This document shows positions 23,401-36,720 of a stretch of DNA of 64,000 nucleotides, piece by piece. The DNA is from Lama guanicoe (lineage: Eukaryota): contig MU054187.1 of the NCBI GenBank assembly GCA_013239625.1, forward strand, positions 4,041,757 through 4,105,756, given 5' to 3'. The position numbers were made by a program, and so were the translations under genes. The notes beneath the pieces were generated by a model. That model did not search any database. It worked only from the letters and a program-made list of their open reading frames with translations, and had not been told where the DNA came from. The first letter of the stretch is position 1. Every line of letters begins with the position of its first letter.

Positions 23401-25184
23401 ATGCATGTGGCTTCCTCATTAAAAAACCCACCGATTCCCGGCTGTTTCCTGTATTGGCACCGCCTCTTCCTGTGCTCGCGGCTCCGGGGCAGGGGATTTA
23501 GCACCCACCGTTCCGCGGGGCCTGTGCAAGAGGCGCCAGCTGGGCCCTTTGTGGTGAAAAGGCACCAGGTGGTAAAAATGGGTTTGTAAACAGCTAACGT
23601 GTCTGTCAGCGCGTTGGTCTTTTGATTAAGAACGTTAAAAAAAAGTTCTTTGGAAGGTACTATGACATATCATAAAAGCAAGTGTTGGATTTGGATTCCA
23701 ATACCTCTTAAGAGGCAGCGTTTCTATGGAAATACCTTGACTGCACTGAGCTCTAATTTACTTACCAAAGACTGAGGCTTAGTAACTAGCTCAGACTGGT
23801 TTAAGTCAGTTGCATTTTACATGTAAATCATGAAGCATAATCCCTCACATCAGTTAGTCCTCCGGTTAGTCCTTCAGTCTGTGTTATCTGTTGCTGTCAC
23901 CCCCAGGATACAAAAATTTACCCCTCTAATTAATTCCATCCATCCTCACTGCCACCCTCGGTTTCAAGAACAGAGAGTGTCCTCTGTGGCTTGGAAGCCT
24001 CCTGCCCCTGGCCTGTTTTTCCCTTTCAGCCCTCGGGACTTGCTTGATCTGTTTCCAGACCTTACTTACGTGGGACTCTACAAGAGGCATCACTTTTCAT
24101 CCAATGAGTTCATTATTGCTAACTCGTTACTCAGAACATACCTCCTGTACGCCAGGCCCTATGCGGGCTCTCTCTACAGCTGGTTCAAGGGCCAACCAAG
24201 AGTGACCTACCTTTCAGATTGCCATCCCCAAAGTCATTGTCACCACTGCCACCATCATCAAAGCTTAAGTGCAACAGTGTAGTTTGTAGGCGGCACCCTT
24301 TATATTAAACCTGTTGGCACTTATTTTGAGTTTTCTTTGATCATATTTCATATGATTAGGATTGCAGTTGTAGCAAATAATATTTTATCAAGTAGTGTAA
24401 GATCACAGGAAACCATAATGGGAAAAGCAAGTGCTGTTTTTTACAGAAGTTGCAGAAAATATTGGTCAAAATTTGCTTCTTCAGACTATCAACTAAATAG
24501 ATTTCTCACGGCTAAGTTTAGATAAAACATTAGAAAATATTCATACTAGAGGCAAAGAGCAGCGAGTGGGAGCAAATCCGGAATTTGAGTTTCTGAATTT
24601 GACTGATTCGAAAATTGGTTATTATTACAAAAACCGCCACTAGGCATTTCAGTATTTGGTAAACAATCTGATGGGTGGGGATAAAGGGAGGTAAATGTGC
24701 GTAGTTTACGCTGTGTCATTGTCGGGTTCAGTGACACGACTCAGAATCCTCCCTTCCCTTCCCAGAGAAGGTAAGAAGTTCCCCGTTACTCACGACGACC
24801 CGGGGCTCAGCTCTGCATGTACGAGAACAGGGCAACATACCGAATGCATCGCCATCCCCGGCCCCAGAGCTCTGCCTGTCGGAACGACACAGCCAGGTGT
24901 GGAATGCTGAGTGATTAAAACAAATAACATTATATATTCTGAGTATTCAGTTGCTTCAAAACATTTTATAATAATCCAAAGCTAGGGCTAAATAGCACTG
25001 CTCCCTAGAGGCAGTGTGTCGAAGAAAGGACCCTGACAAATGATGATGGAATTCCATTTTTATGATTTATGAACCCATCTTGTTCTCATTTAATGCACAA
25101 TCATTTACTAATAACATCTTAAAACACAGTGGCCAGAATTGAAAAGAACTGAACCCTGATGTGGTCTCTCCAACGTGTGGAACA

Positions 25185-25335
25185 GCACCAGCCTTGGAGT
25201 CAGACAGAATCTGGCTTCTAATAATTCAGGCTCCGCTGCTTGAAGCTGAGTAACTTCGGCCAGACTGGATGTCTGAGCTTCAGCTTCTTTATCTGTTAAA
25301 AAAATAAGCAATAAATACTTACCTTAAGGAAATAT
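25185..25335 (+). mobile_element. MIR SINE
   Basis: ttggagtcagacagaatctggcttc...tctgagcttcagcttctttatctgttaaaa. Confidence 0.65.
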
Positions 25336-25391
25336 TACCTTAACAATAAGTAATGTATAGCTGCATTAAGTGTATACCCAATTGTTTTTTT

Positions 25392-25570
25392 AACATTTTT
25401 TACTGATTTATAATCATTTTACAATGTTGTGTCAAATTCCAGTGTAGAGCACAATTTTTCAGTTATACATGGGCATATATATATTCATTGTCACATTTTT
25501 TTCTCTGTGAGCTACCATAAGATTTTGTATATATTTCCCTGTGCTATACAGTATAATCTTGTTTATCTAT
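25392..25570 (-). mobile_element. Young 5'-truncated L1 (3' UTR end) with a perfect 15-bp target-site duplication
   Basis: CCCAATTGTTTTTTT at both 25377-25391 and 25571-25585. The body (ttttacaatgttgtgtcaaattccagtgtagagcacaatttttcagttatacat...) matches the L1 ends at ~4070, ~8220 and ~38725. Confidence 0.85.
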
Positions 25571-27249
25571 CCCAATTGTTTTTTTGAACTACAGATTTTT
25601 TATTATGTTGTTGATGTTTTTATTTAAATTATTCACTTTTCTACTGAATGACCAAGGACCAAATACAACCCACTATCAGGTTAGCATTGAATACTTAATC
25701 AACATTTTTAAGTATGCTTGTTTAATTACTACTATTCCAACCTGGTTTTATGATCATCCACCTTACCTATGTAGATAACAGGTAAATTAAAAAAAATACT
25801 ATTTGAGTGTTTAAGCTCTAGAGTCAGACACAGCATGTTCAAATCCTGCTCTGTCACCAGCTATGAGATGTAGGGAAGGGGTTTCCATGGCCCGAGGCTC
25901 AGGCTTCTCCTGGAGAAGGCAGACACGCCAGTGGTAGCAACCTGGGCCCAACTAGATATTCAACTTGTATTAGGCATTCAATATTAAAACGTCCTTAGCC
26001 TGTACCACACTGCACATCTGCTGTTAACTTGGTACGAATGCTGCCTCCTAGCACTCATATTCTTTTCAAAATGATCATGAGCCATTTACATATTTGAGCA
26101 AAGTCATTCCTGCAGCCTAGTGACCCTGAGCTAATACAACCACAAATTGGTTTAATTATCTCCTCTGCCTCTGTTTATAATTCTACCCATACTGAAGCCT
26201 TGCTCACGGTCTTTCATGACGACACCTTACCCTGTTTTTACTTAGTTTGTGCTCTGGGATCGACACGTTCTCCCACACCCATCACCGCCTTGGGTAGGAG
26301 TCCCTTCACAATCTCTGAATGAGGACACAGGCCCATAGAAACAGAAACTCTCTCGTTACGTTCATACCTCAGTCTTGCCCTGCTTATCATAGGGTCCTGA
26401 ATACCTTCATGGAACAACTGAAGAACTGGATGAATGCATGTTCTAGAATTTCGTTAGAATATCTCAATCAAAATCACTGATCTGATTTTTAAAAATTCCT
26501 ATCCCTTTTAGCATTTTCCTAAAGTTTCAACTCCCTCCAAATTGCCTACTCGAGTCTATTTTTTAAAGTATATTTTATGCCAAATTTTGTATTTCTTTTT
26601 TTTTCTTTTCACTTTCGGTTATGCAATTTTTCTTCCTACTTTTGTACATGTATTTTAAATCTAAGATCGTCTGAGCGCTTCCTGTGAGGCTAAATGTGAG
26701 TTTCTTTGGCTGCCTCTACTTTCGCTTCCCAGTTGGGAGCAAGTGTGATTGTGTCGTTTCATGTTCAGAACTTTACATTCCTCGTACGTGATATTTTCTG
26801 TTGAGTCTATGCCTGGGAAGCAAACGGGATGGACTGTTGTTTGTGCTCTTTGGGAGACGCCAGTGTGGGGTCCCAACACGACATGATACTCCCCTGGTGG
26901 AGAAGTCTTCCTGGGGGGAGCAGCCTCTGGATGCAATGTGAGCCTGAGGGGGTAAGAATCGAGGGGCATCTGCTCTAGGCTCTAGGCTTCCCCGACCTTC
27001 CATGGGAAGCTGGCACCACCTCCCAGCACCTCGTGATGGACCTAAGTTCATTGTCCGCTTCCCAAGTCCATCCCCCTCCTCCCCGGCTCTGTCTCCCTGT
27101 ATCACTCTCTTCATCAAGCTCTGTTGACTCTCTCTGCTCTCTGTCTTTCTATCTTACCATCTCTGTCTCTGTTCCTATCCCTTTCTCTCTTGACTCCTTC
27201 ATATCCGTACTTCTATTTCTAAATAGAAATTCTAAATAATACTTTTTCT

Positions 27250-27700
27250 GACTCTTTTTACTCTTGTATTTCCTTTCAGACTCTCTAGCCATGGAACCAC
27301 GCCAGCCTTTTTATGAACTTCTGAAAAATCTGTTTTCCTAAAGTCTAGCGTGCACGTCTGCCGATGCCCACTGCTTCCTTCCTTCACTGCTACGAATTCC
27401 AGCATGACTTGATTTCTCCCAAGGTCCATATAACTTTTACTCCAACAATAAGCTCTTTCTTGCTGGCTAGAGTGGAATACAGAGTAGCAGTTTTGCTTGC
27501 TGCTTCCTCTACCCGCTACCAGATGGAATTGTCAATAAAGAATGTCGGGCATTCTGCCTGCCACAGAATGTTTCGAGTTGAACCCCTTCCACGCGGTTAT
27601 TGCTGGCCTCTGAGCCAGTTTACAGTCTCAAGTAAGACCCATCCTCCGTACCTTCTACCTGGCCAGGAAGTGTGATTCAGACAATCGTAACAGTGCCACT
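27250..27700 (-). mobile_element. CR1/L3 LINE fragment (end of endonuclease domain and linker of ORF2)
   Basis: Minus-strand ORF 27232-27429 contains VMLEF...TCTLDFRKTDF...VVPWLESLKG, matching the CR1 ORF2 motif TLDFRRADF...VPW...L.G. Confidence 0.75.
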
Positions 27701-30700
27701 AGTTTCTCTCCCTTTTGTCCTCACCTGAACATTTTCTGCCATTCCTTGCGTTCATGGCATTTTATAAATTGTATGTATTCTTGGAGAAACACGATTACTC
27801 CAGTCTACTGGAGCTGTTTCTTTGGAGCAAAATTTACCTTTTCGTTGTCTTATTTCAGTCCTGAATCTCATGCCATCCATAGTTTGAGGTATTCAATTTC
27901 TGGGTTGGGAATTACTTGAGCTCAGAATCCACGTGATATTCATCTTTGTAAAATACAGAGGCTTGAACCATCCTGAAACGGACCCAACGTGAATTCATTA
28001 AACTGAACTGATGCTTGTTTTAAAGTTACAGGTTTATTTGACTTTCCCCCAGGCCCTATGCTTAGACACTTAAACACTTAAGTGAATTCCGCATCTCTAG
28101 ATTTTTCCTGCAAATGACCTAATCGTTCTTCCACAGGTCCCCTGTGTGCTGTTCTTCATGGTACGTGGCATCAGTGTGCTGTGGGCGTTTCTCTCCCTGG
28201 CGTTCGTATTTTAATTTGAAGAGTTTTGGATCAGCCATCGATAGGTTATTACTGAGAAGCATCCTTGAGTCTGGAACTACATTAAATACTTTACATATAA
28301 TATTTTAAACCTTTACAACAATCTTACCAAACAGATATTAGGGAATTAATTTCATCTGTTTGAGTGCACACACATATGTGAAAATGCTGAGACAGGCTGA
28401 GTGCCATACTCCAGCCAACAGAGCTGTTAAGTAAGAGGACTCGTCAAAATTAGGTCTGACTGGTTCCGAAGCCTCCCTATTTCTTCTTCTCGTACTGTCC
28501 ACTCCACCTGGCTCATCGGTCAGACACTTGGCATTATTTTAGGCCACATTCAGGTGCCATGACTTTCTCAGCTTGTCTACGCAGATGAACAAATCTAACG
28601 TGAACATCAGCTTTTGGTTCTGCAATTGGATATTCTTAGAGTGACTAAAAGTACAGTGACTCCTGAAATACTGTTTTGGGAAAAGCCACGGCTGCCAGCA
28701 GGAGCGCCACGGGGGCTGTAGGAACACCATGCGTAGCCGCGCACGTCACCTCCAGGCAGAAGACACAGGGACACGATGAAAAAGCAGACAGCAGCTCACT
28801 GCGTCCTCCTCCCTGTCCCAGGAAGCGGGTGGGAGAGAGTGAGTCATTCGTCTCTTTGCTCCTTTGACCTTGCCTGGACTATCTATAGTTCAAGGCTGTT
28901 GACACCAAGAGCAGTCCCAGCCTACTACTCAAGCATGCAAGAAAAATATTTTTGTTATTTTTATATAATTCAACCTAAGCATTCTTCTGACCTCCTCCTA
29001 CTCTGTTGGAGGGACAAAAACTGAACTGTAGTTATGTTAAGAATTCTGATGTCACTTCTGCCCTCCTCTTAGGGCTGTGTCTAGCTTTCTGGGACATAAA
29101 CAGTACTGGCATTGGCGTTGGGCAGCCTTGTGGTCCATCTCTTCCTCCTTATCTTTTGACCACATTAGCCCTCGGTGACATGCCCCTCGCCCACCCGGTC
29201 CTCTGTCAGCAGTGACAGCCCAAAGGCCCGTGGAATCCTTCAGGTGCGGAAGTCTCTGGTAACTTTTGCTTTCCTCGGACACTTGTGATTTACCCTGCTG
29301 CTCACACACCAGCACTGGGCGGCTTCTAAGGAACATTATGCAACCATTTCTCCTCTGGGGTCTTGCTGTCTCCCCAGGCCACACCTGGGAAATGGGCACA
29401 AAGTCTCTCTGCTCTCAAACAAAAGTCATATCAGCCCGAGTGTTTCTGGAGAAGTGCCGTCTCAGGGACCCGCCGGTGCCCGGGTCTCCTCATCCCCTCC
29501 AGCTTCCCCCACCAATAATTTTTGGTTTTGAGGTCGGAAGGGGGGACATTTGCTTATGTATATGATCCTCTCCCTCAAATCTTTATCTTCTCATTAGCCG
29601 GGGTGCTTGGGTGTCTGAAACTCAAAATTCAAGGCCAGCGTTTCTTTTTCTGTACTCTCTGCTGTCACCTTTGCCTCCTAACGTAATCGATCCCGAATGA
29701 GTGACCTAACTGCATGGTTGGGAGGAGGGGCTAAGCGGAAAGTGGGAAGACCTCGGGGCGAGGGGGAGCTAGATGAATGTTTTCAAAACCATCCTCTCTC
29801 TTTCCCTTTCTTCATCTGCTCTGGGGCTGCAGGGCTGTGGGGAGAAATATTTTAACTAGCCCTGGATATCTCCAACCAAAGAGTAAGGAAAGCAGTGTTT
29901 GTTCCAGTCCTGGTAGACAAAAAGAGCAGTGAATTGGGCAACAAGACAGAAGGGACCCAAAGGAGGGAAGATTCATTCCACCCCTGCCAAGCATCAGGCC
30001 TGGGGACTGGCGGCTTCCTTGCTTTATCTTATCTGATTGTCACGGAGTAGGTGCGCCACACCTCCTTTCCCGTATCGAAGGTGCTTAACCTCCAAGCTCA
30101 CAGTTTTGAAGAACTAGCCATTTTAAAATGACACAAGCATCTTTTTAATCCCTTCTTCTCCATTAGCATTCATTGAGTGTCTACTGAGAGCAAAGCACAA
30201 TGTGTACTCAGTCCTTTGCGTAAGACATAAATGAGACAGAGGGGGCCGAGGAAGGCTGTCTTCTCCACACTGCGGGCCGGGCTCATGGGTGTTGGGGCCC
30301 AGGGGAGGGAGGCCAGTGCAGCTAGGGGAAAGCAGAGGGTGAGGAGGAGGGGGCCCAGGCTGAGTCTGACATGTAAAGGGACAGAGCTGGTCAACAGAGA
30401 GAAAGTCTATCATCTTTACCCTAAGGCTAGCAAAAGCCACTGGATGGTTTTAAGCCTTGACTGATCTGTTCTGATTTAGATTTCTAAAGCCTCCCTCTGG
30501 CTGCCTCAGAAAATGGTCTAGAGCACAGGAAATGTTCTGGGAAAGATGGAGACCAGTCAGGAGTTCACTACAATCACCCAAGCAAGAGTGATTGTCTACT
30601 ACAGAGAAGGGAGAGTGTCAAGACATTTAGATAAAATACGCAGGCTGGATATTGATGGATACGGAGGAGGAAGGGTCCCTTTGGGAATCAGTCCTTTATT

Positions 30701-32129
30701 ACGTGCTTTTCTTTTCTGCAAGTCACGCCCAGGGCTGTGTATAACCAAACAAACAGGCCCAGGAAGTTAGCAGCTTACAGTCCAGGAAGGATACATGGTC
30801 AAATGTCGCCAACATGTATTAACACTTAGTAAGTCCTAAGAGTTGGCATTTATTTACTCATCTGATCCTTAACATAATCCCAGAAGGATGATGCTAGGAA
30901 AACACATCAACTCATTTCATAAATGAGGAAACTGAGACAAAAGGAAGCGAGGTAACAGAGGCAGGTCTCACTTGAGAATTTAGCCAACATGATGGAAGTA
31001 TGGCTGGGGTGGTGTCACATAGGAAAAAGTGAATTCCCGCTGGAGCAAGAGGCTGAGCAACAGTGAGGAAGTTCTTCATAAGATAAGAAACCTTGATTCC
31101 ACTCCTGAAAGAGAAGGTAAGTGGGGGGGTGTTCCACAGGCTAGGACACAGGCATCTGAGCTGAAGAAATCACCCTTTTAGTTCACAGAACTATTGTTCG
31201 AAGCAACATTTTTGAGCAATTCAGCTGGAACAAATGAAAGGCCAAGCAGTAGGAGACAGATCCCAACTCAATTTACCTCTGATTGCTCTGTGTGTCTGCA
31301 TGAGTCACGGAGTCCTTGGTAAATGAGAAAGTTCTTGAAGATTAATGAGGCTGACTACAGTAACAGTGAAGCAGGAGCTAGGTGTCTAAATGATCTCTCT
31401 CACTGGGGTTTAAATAATACCAGAGGAAGGACGAGAAGAGGGAAATTATTTAGGCTGATGAGACATAAGACAGGGGCTGTCACATTAGGTCATGGCAGTG
31501 CACCATCCTAGGGACTGGGAAAGTCCGAGAGAGGAGGGAGCAGTCTGCAAATTCATTTCGCTAGACCGGATTTGTTTACTAACCGTCTCCAGAACATTAG
31601 CAGGCATTGGCTTTGGCTGTACAGAGCCCAGTGAACGCTGAAGTACCATTTGGGTAGGATTCAATTATTTATTAAGTTCCACAGATTTCTCCCCTGACAA
31701 TGTTAACAGCATTTAGTAATGTGGAAATCTTGGTGCACAGAAGAAGTTAATCCGAAGGAATATTAACACAAAAGATATTCAACCAAGTTTCCTCCTCCAT
31801 TGGCTATCCATCCCATCAAACTTTCCCCAATATTGTAGCTGTAAGGAAGTCTCCTAGCCTTTTCTTCCGTTCCCTCTAAATCCCTTGCCGTCTAGTTCTT
31901 CCTGCTCCCCTGTTGTCTGTTACTGAAGGACACCAGGGACCGGCAAACTACCGGACGAGATGGCCTTTCTCAGGCAGGCTCGCTGGGTTTGACTTCTCCT
32001 TCTATCCTTGCTCTAGACGTATCCATCCTACTCTTCTGTTCTCCAGCTTTCTGTCTCTTCACATCCAAGCCATCCCCTCCGGAGACGGCCCCTGACCTTC
32101 ACTCTGAAGCAGCCCCCGAGCTCTGTCCC

Positions 32130-32320
32130 CAGGGCTGTACCATGGCTTTCATGGGCACTCTTGCCTTTGTGGTCCCTTCCCCGATAAAGGCGCATTTAAA
32201 CATTGTATTTTGCAACCTCATTGGTATAAAGACAAATATATATTAAACACTGTCTTTAACCTAAAAGTTTATGTTTTTCTTCTGATTTTAAAATAAATTA
32301 AAGCACTAGGTGTTCAGCCC
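32130..32320. mobile_element. Non-autonomous DNA transposon, hAT (Tip100-like), copy 2
   Basis: Starts CAGGGCTG and carries the same internal blocks, in the same order, as 5511-5743. Confidence 0.5.
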
Positions 32321-32599
32321 CATGATGTCAGGGAATCCACTGCCTTATCCACGGCTGTACTCCCAGCACGCAGAAGAAAGCGTGGTGTCTTGTAAACTCT
32401 TAATTAACATTTGTTGGATGAATCAATGAATGAATGATTTTCTCTTTTTTCCTTGAGTTTCTTTCCTTGGCTTCTGTGACCACTCTTTTTCGGCCTTTCC
32501 TTTTTCTTCCCTGTTTTGCTCCTTCTTCTTCCATCTTCCCTTAACAGGTATGTTGATTTCCCTCCAGAGTTCCAGGCCAACACTTGCAGTTGCTGGGTA

Positions 32600-33390
32600 T
32601 TTTCTCATGGTCCCCTCCCCCGCACCATCCTCTGTGTGTAGCAAACAAACTCGCCAGCTCATCTTGCTTTCTTTAACACCACTATTAGCATCATCATCTT
32701 TGTCATTATCCGCATCTCCATAATGGTAATGGCACCATCATCTTTTGAATTTCTCATGCCTGGTAGATAGAAGTCATCTTCAGATTCCCTTTCTACTTTA
32801 TAGCAGATCCAACCTGTGTCCGAAGTTTGCTGATCCTGCTCTTGCCACCTCAGGAACACCTGCTTCATCTTCCTGCTGCCACTAGACCTTCAGTAAATCC
32901 TGCTGGTACACGCTCACCAGCATCCCAGCCAGTCTCTGTGTCTCTTGTCTTTCCCTTGCCTAGCAGTCACACTTCTTTCTAAAAAATCCCCTTGGTTAAA
33001 GTATTCGGTTGATGCCCACTGAATACAAAGTAAATTCCAAACCCCTTAATTTGATAGTTAATGTCGTGGCTCCAACTGAAATGGCCAGCTTTATTTTCAC
33101 CACTCGCACGGACCCTAGGGCCCTCCCACACCTCTCAACCTGACAGTTCCTGAGAATGAATACTATGATTCTCTGCGTTCTTTTTTCAAACAACTGTTAC
33201 TGTGTAGAAGGCCACCTCTTTCTCCAAATATCTGTGCATCTGAATGTACCACCTGAGCACAGCACACTGGCAGGTAGCAATTTGACCTTGACTCCGTGCC
33301 CCGCCCGCACCCCGGTACTTACAGGGCTGTGTATGGAGGCGATACATCGGTAGATGTTTATTCAGTTGAACTTAAAATGAACAAAAGGAA
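32600..33390 (+). mobile_element. L2 LINE 3' fragments
   Basis: Pyrimidine-rich L2-like text (cccactgaatacaaagtaaattccaaaccccttaatttg...) ending in gatgtttattcagttgaa. A nearby L2 tail (catttgttggatgaatcaatgaatgaatga) lies at ~32410-32437. Confidence 0.5.
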
Positions 33391-36019
33391 AATAAACATA
33401 GAGTGCATTAACTTCTACCATGGTACCATATTATGTCAAAAGGTGACAACTTTAACTTCTGAGGAAGAGCAAAGCGATAACCAAACAGCAGTAGTCAATG
33501 AAGGTAAATCCACTTCCTACGTTAGCACAATTCTAAGCTTTCCAGCCATTCAGCAGGACAGACTCAGAGGCAAAGCTAATTTCAGCCTGAATGAATCTTT
33601 CCATTTCAGGGCTGTAATCTAATCAGCTGGGGTAAATTAATCAGAAGCATCTGCCTTGTCTCCAGAACTGCCCTGATCACTAAACCAGCTTTAGTAACAC
33701 AAACAACTAATTACATTATGCCTCTAACACAAGACAGTTAAAGGTTAGGGTAACGGAGGAAGAGTGTGCTTTCGTGTAAGAAAACACAGGCAACGTGCAA
33801 TGATAGCTTAGCCATCTGAGGCTTTAGAGAGGATCTTTGTAATAAAAAGGTATTCCTCTTTTTTGCTAAATTTGAATTATTCTTATTTTGTTGAAAAAGC
33901 ACGCATTTCCAGTAGAAATTTTGAATTGCTCAAGCAAGTTAAAGCTGTGAAAATGAGAATAGTAATCACCCCACCCCCCGGAGAGTGTCACTGTTCACAG
34001 TTTGTTGTGGAGGTTTCCGGTCCTGGCTTTTATTTGCTCCGTGTATGTGTGTGTGCACACACGCTCGTGTGCACGTGTATAAGGTCATCTATTTTTTCTG
34101 TGTATAATAAAATAATTTAGATTATAGTGTATATAATATTTTTAACTTCTTTATTTTTTGACAATATGCCACACACATCTTCCCAATATTTTTCTATAAT
34201 GTTATTTTTAATAGTTGAATAGTAATCCATTTCATTATTATGCTATACCCTTATACTTTATTTTATTTGTACACTGTTTTTTTATTTCCTTAAACTACAT
34301 TGCTCTGTGTGAGGCTGCAAGACCAGAGACACACAAAACATTCAGTCGTTTAGTAAGTATGGTCAAATGCTTCACAAGATCTTTTTACCAAATTGCACTG
34401 ATGTTGGCACTCCATGGGTATGTCCACATCCTCACAATCTTATGAATAATAAATAATGACATATTTTACAGGTAAGACTGAGCTATTTAATATGCTTATT
34501 CATCATCTGCATTTTTCTTTTGTGAACTTACTTGCAATCATTTGAAAATGTTTCAATGGGAATATTTTTCTTTGTTGATTGCAAAGAGCTTTTCTTTTTT
34601 TATTATGAAACATTTCAAAGAAAGCATAATATAAAGCACATTTAAATCTACTATTTGCTTTATTAAATCTCAAGAATTTGTAATACTAACTCCAGTCTTT
34701 TATAATTCATTACTCATAAAGTCCAGCCCTTGTTCACCTCCGGTCTGAGACATAACTTCCTTCCTACCTGAAGAGACTCATGTTACGTCCTCTGAACCCA
34801 AGTGCTTTTGATACTAATACTACAGTTATAGGAAGTTATATACCTATAAATTATAAGGTTCAGACTGATGACATATAAATATAATCCTTGATGGATTTGA
34901 ATCACTAGTGTTTAAGTTAAGACCTTGTATCTGTACTTGTAAATAAAATTGGTTTACACAAATCTTTTCTTATGCCTTCACTTTCTAGTTTGGTGTTAAG
35001 CTTGCACTAGGTTTCATACATCACTTCAAAGAATCGGCAGAAAGCATGGAGGGACCCTTGAATTCTTTCGTGGGGTTAAGCCTAGCTTCGTGCAGCACGT
35101 TGACTACCATGAGAAACCTGGGAACTAGAGAATTTAAGGCCAGCACGTGTGCTCGCAGAAAACACGCAGCACAAATATTGCCAGTGAACAATGGCGATAC
35201 AAATTAAAACACGTGGCTCCAGCCCATTATGAAGAGCGCTTTTAATCATTTCTGAACAATTGGCATTCTGTTCCCAATTATACTGTTTTCTCATTGAACA
35301 AATAAGCATTAAGTTCTGTTTGTCTTCAATGGGAACTAGTCTCACATTCATAAATGGCAAATTATACTCGGAAAGTCTCTTCTTCCTCAAAGGCTAATAG
35401 CCGAGTGAATCTGATTTGAATCCATTCTTTCTAAGACCACTGCTTCATAAGTATCATATTTTAATGAGATTCACCAGGGCCTGACCTTTAAGGGCTTGAA
35501 GAACTAATCATTCTTTCAGAGGGAGAAAAGCTAAAATGACAAATCTATGAACATAAAAGAAATTGATTTGGGAGAGTCACTTAATTTTTTTAAATCAATT
35601 TCACATTTGGAGATATTATTCATGAAATTTTCAAATTAAAAAAAAAAAACTAGTGCACATGGAGGAATAGGATCAGCCTATGTAATTTATTTTCTGGGGG
35701 TGGAAAGAGGTCTCCGGCTTTGAAAAAGAAAATCTTATCTACTCAGCTGTTCATATCTGCCATTTCCACCACTACGAAGTACCGCTGTGCACCAGAGCCT
35801 TTCAGCCTGTCTTCCCCTGTGAAACCTTCAGGGTCCAAGCCCCGCACCCCCTGGTCTTGGTGAGGGAGGGGGAGAGAGACCTTGAAAACCAATCAGTCTA
35901 CAATAGAGAAGCTGCACCCTGTGTTCAAAAGTCATGCCCCTTTTCTAGACCCTACGGGACAGTGTAGGCTCTTGGTTCAAACCCAGCTGTACCAGGCGTG
36001 GTACAGAGAAGCCAGGCCT

Positions 36020-36720
36020 GAGAGGGAACCCCTGAGACTTCAGCCAGGGCTGGCTGAGCTCACCCTGGGAGCCTGAGGGCCCACCCCGTGGGAAGTTCAA
36101 AGTGAGGTGTGGACGTAGCAGATTATTCCCATGCTCACCCACACAGCCAGGAACCACCCTGAAGGCATCTTTTTGGAGGGAGCTAAGGAGAAGGGGGGGT
36201 TTGAGGAGAGGAGGTGGAGCCCGAGAGAGCTGTCCACACCTCCTGGACTGAGAGCTGATGGCCAGAGACTCACCCACGAGATACCTGTGTACAAGCCACA
36301 CCCTGAAGCAGAAGCTACAGACCTGGGAGTCCCAGGTGGGGTCCAGACACAGGACACAGTGGAGCCTTGGAAGGCCAGCACATGGCGCCAGCTGGGATGG
36401 CGCTGGGTGCAGAGACAGTCCAGTGGCCTCCCTGAGGGGCCGGACCCGCGGGAGGCCCGGGATTCCTCCCCTAACACTGAGGTTCCACCAGGGGGAGTAG
36501 GGGGAGGCGCCAGAGAGAGGGAGAGGGGGACTTTGGACTTAATTGAGTATTTAGATCCAGTTTAAACCAGAAGTGACTGAGTTATCTTTAGGTGGCAAGA
36601 TTAAGAGTTGTTTTTTTTTTGTTGTTTGTTTGTTTGTTTTTTTGCCACCCAAGAAAATGGGAGCTTCTGAGCTGAGTTCAGAGACAAAGAAATAAAAGTT
36701 ATCTGTTTGCTGTGACAGGT
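36020..36720 (+). mobile_element. Possible ancient LTR (MamGypLTR-like)
   Basis: Purine/G-rich body followed by ggactt...ccagaagtgactgag...caagaaaatgggagc...aaataaaagttat; resemblance is from memory only. Confidence 0.3.

Noticed and set aside
34040..34080. Alternating purine-pyrimidine tract with a small palindrome (gtgtgtgcacacac)
   Set aside because: A short degenerate (TG)/(CA) microsatellite; common and uninformative.
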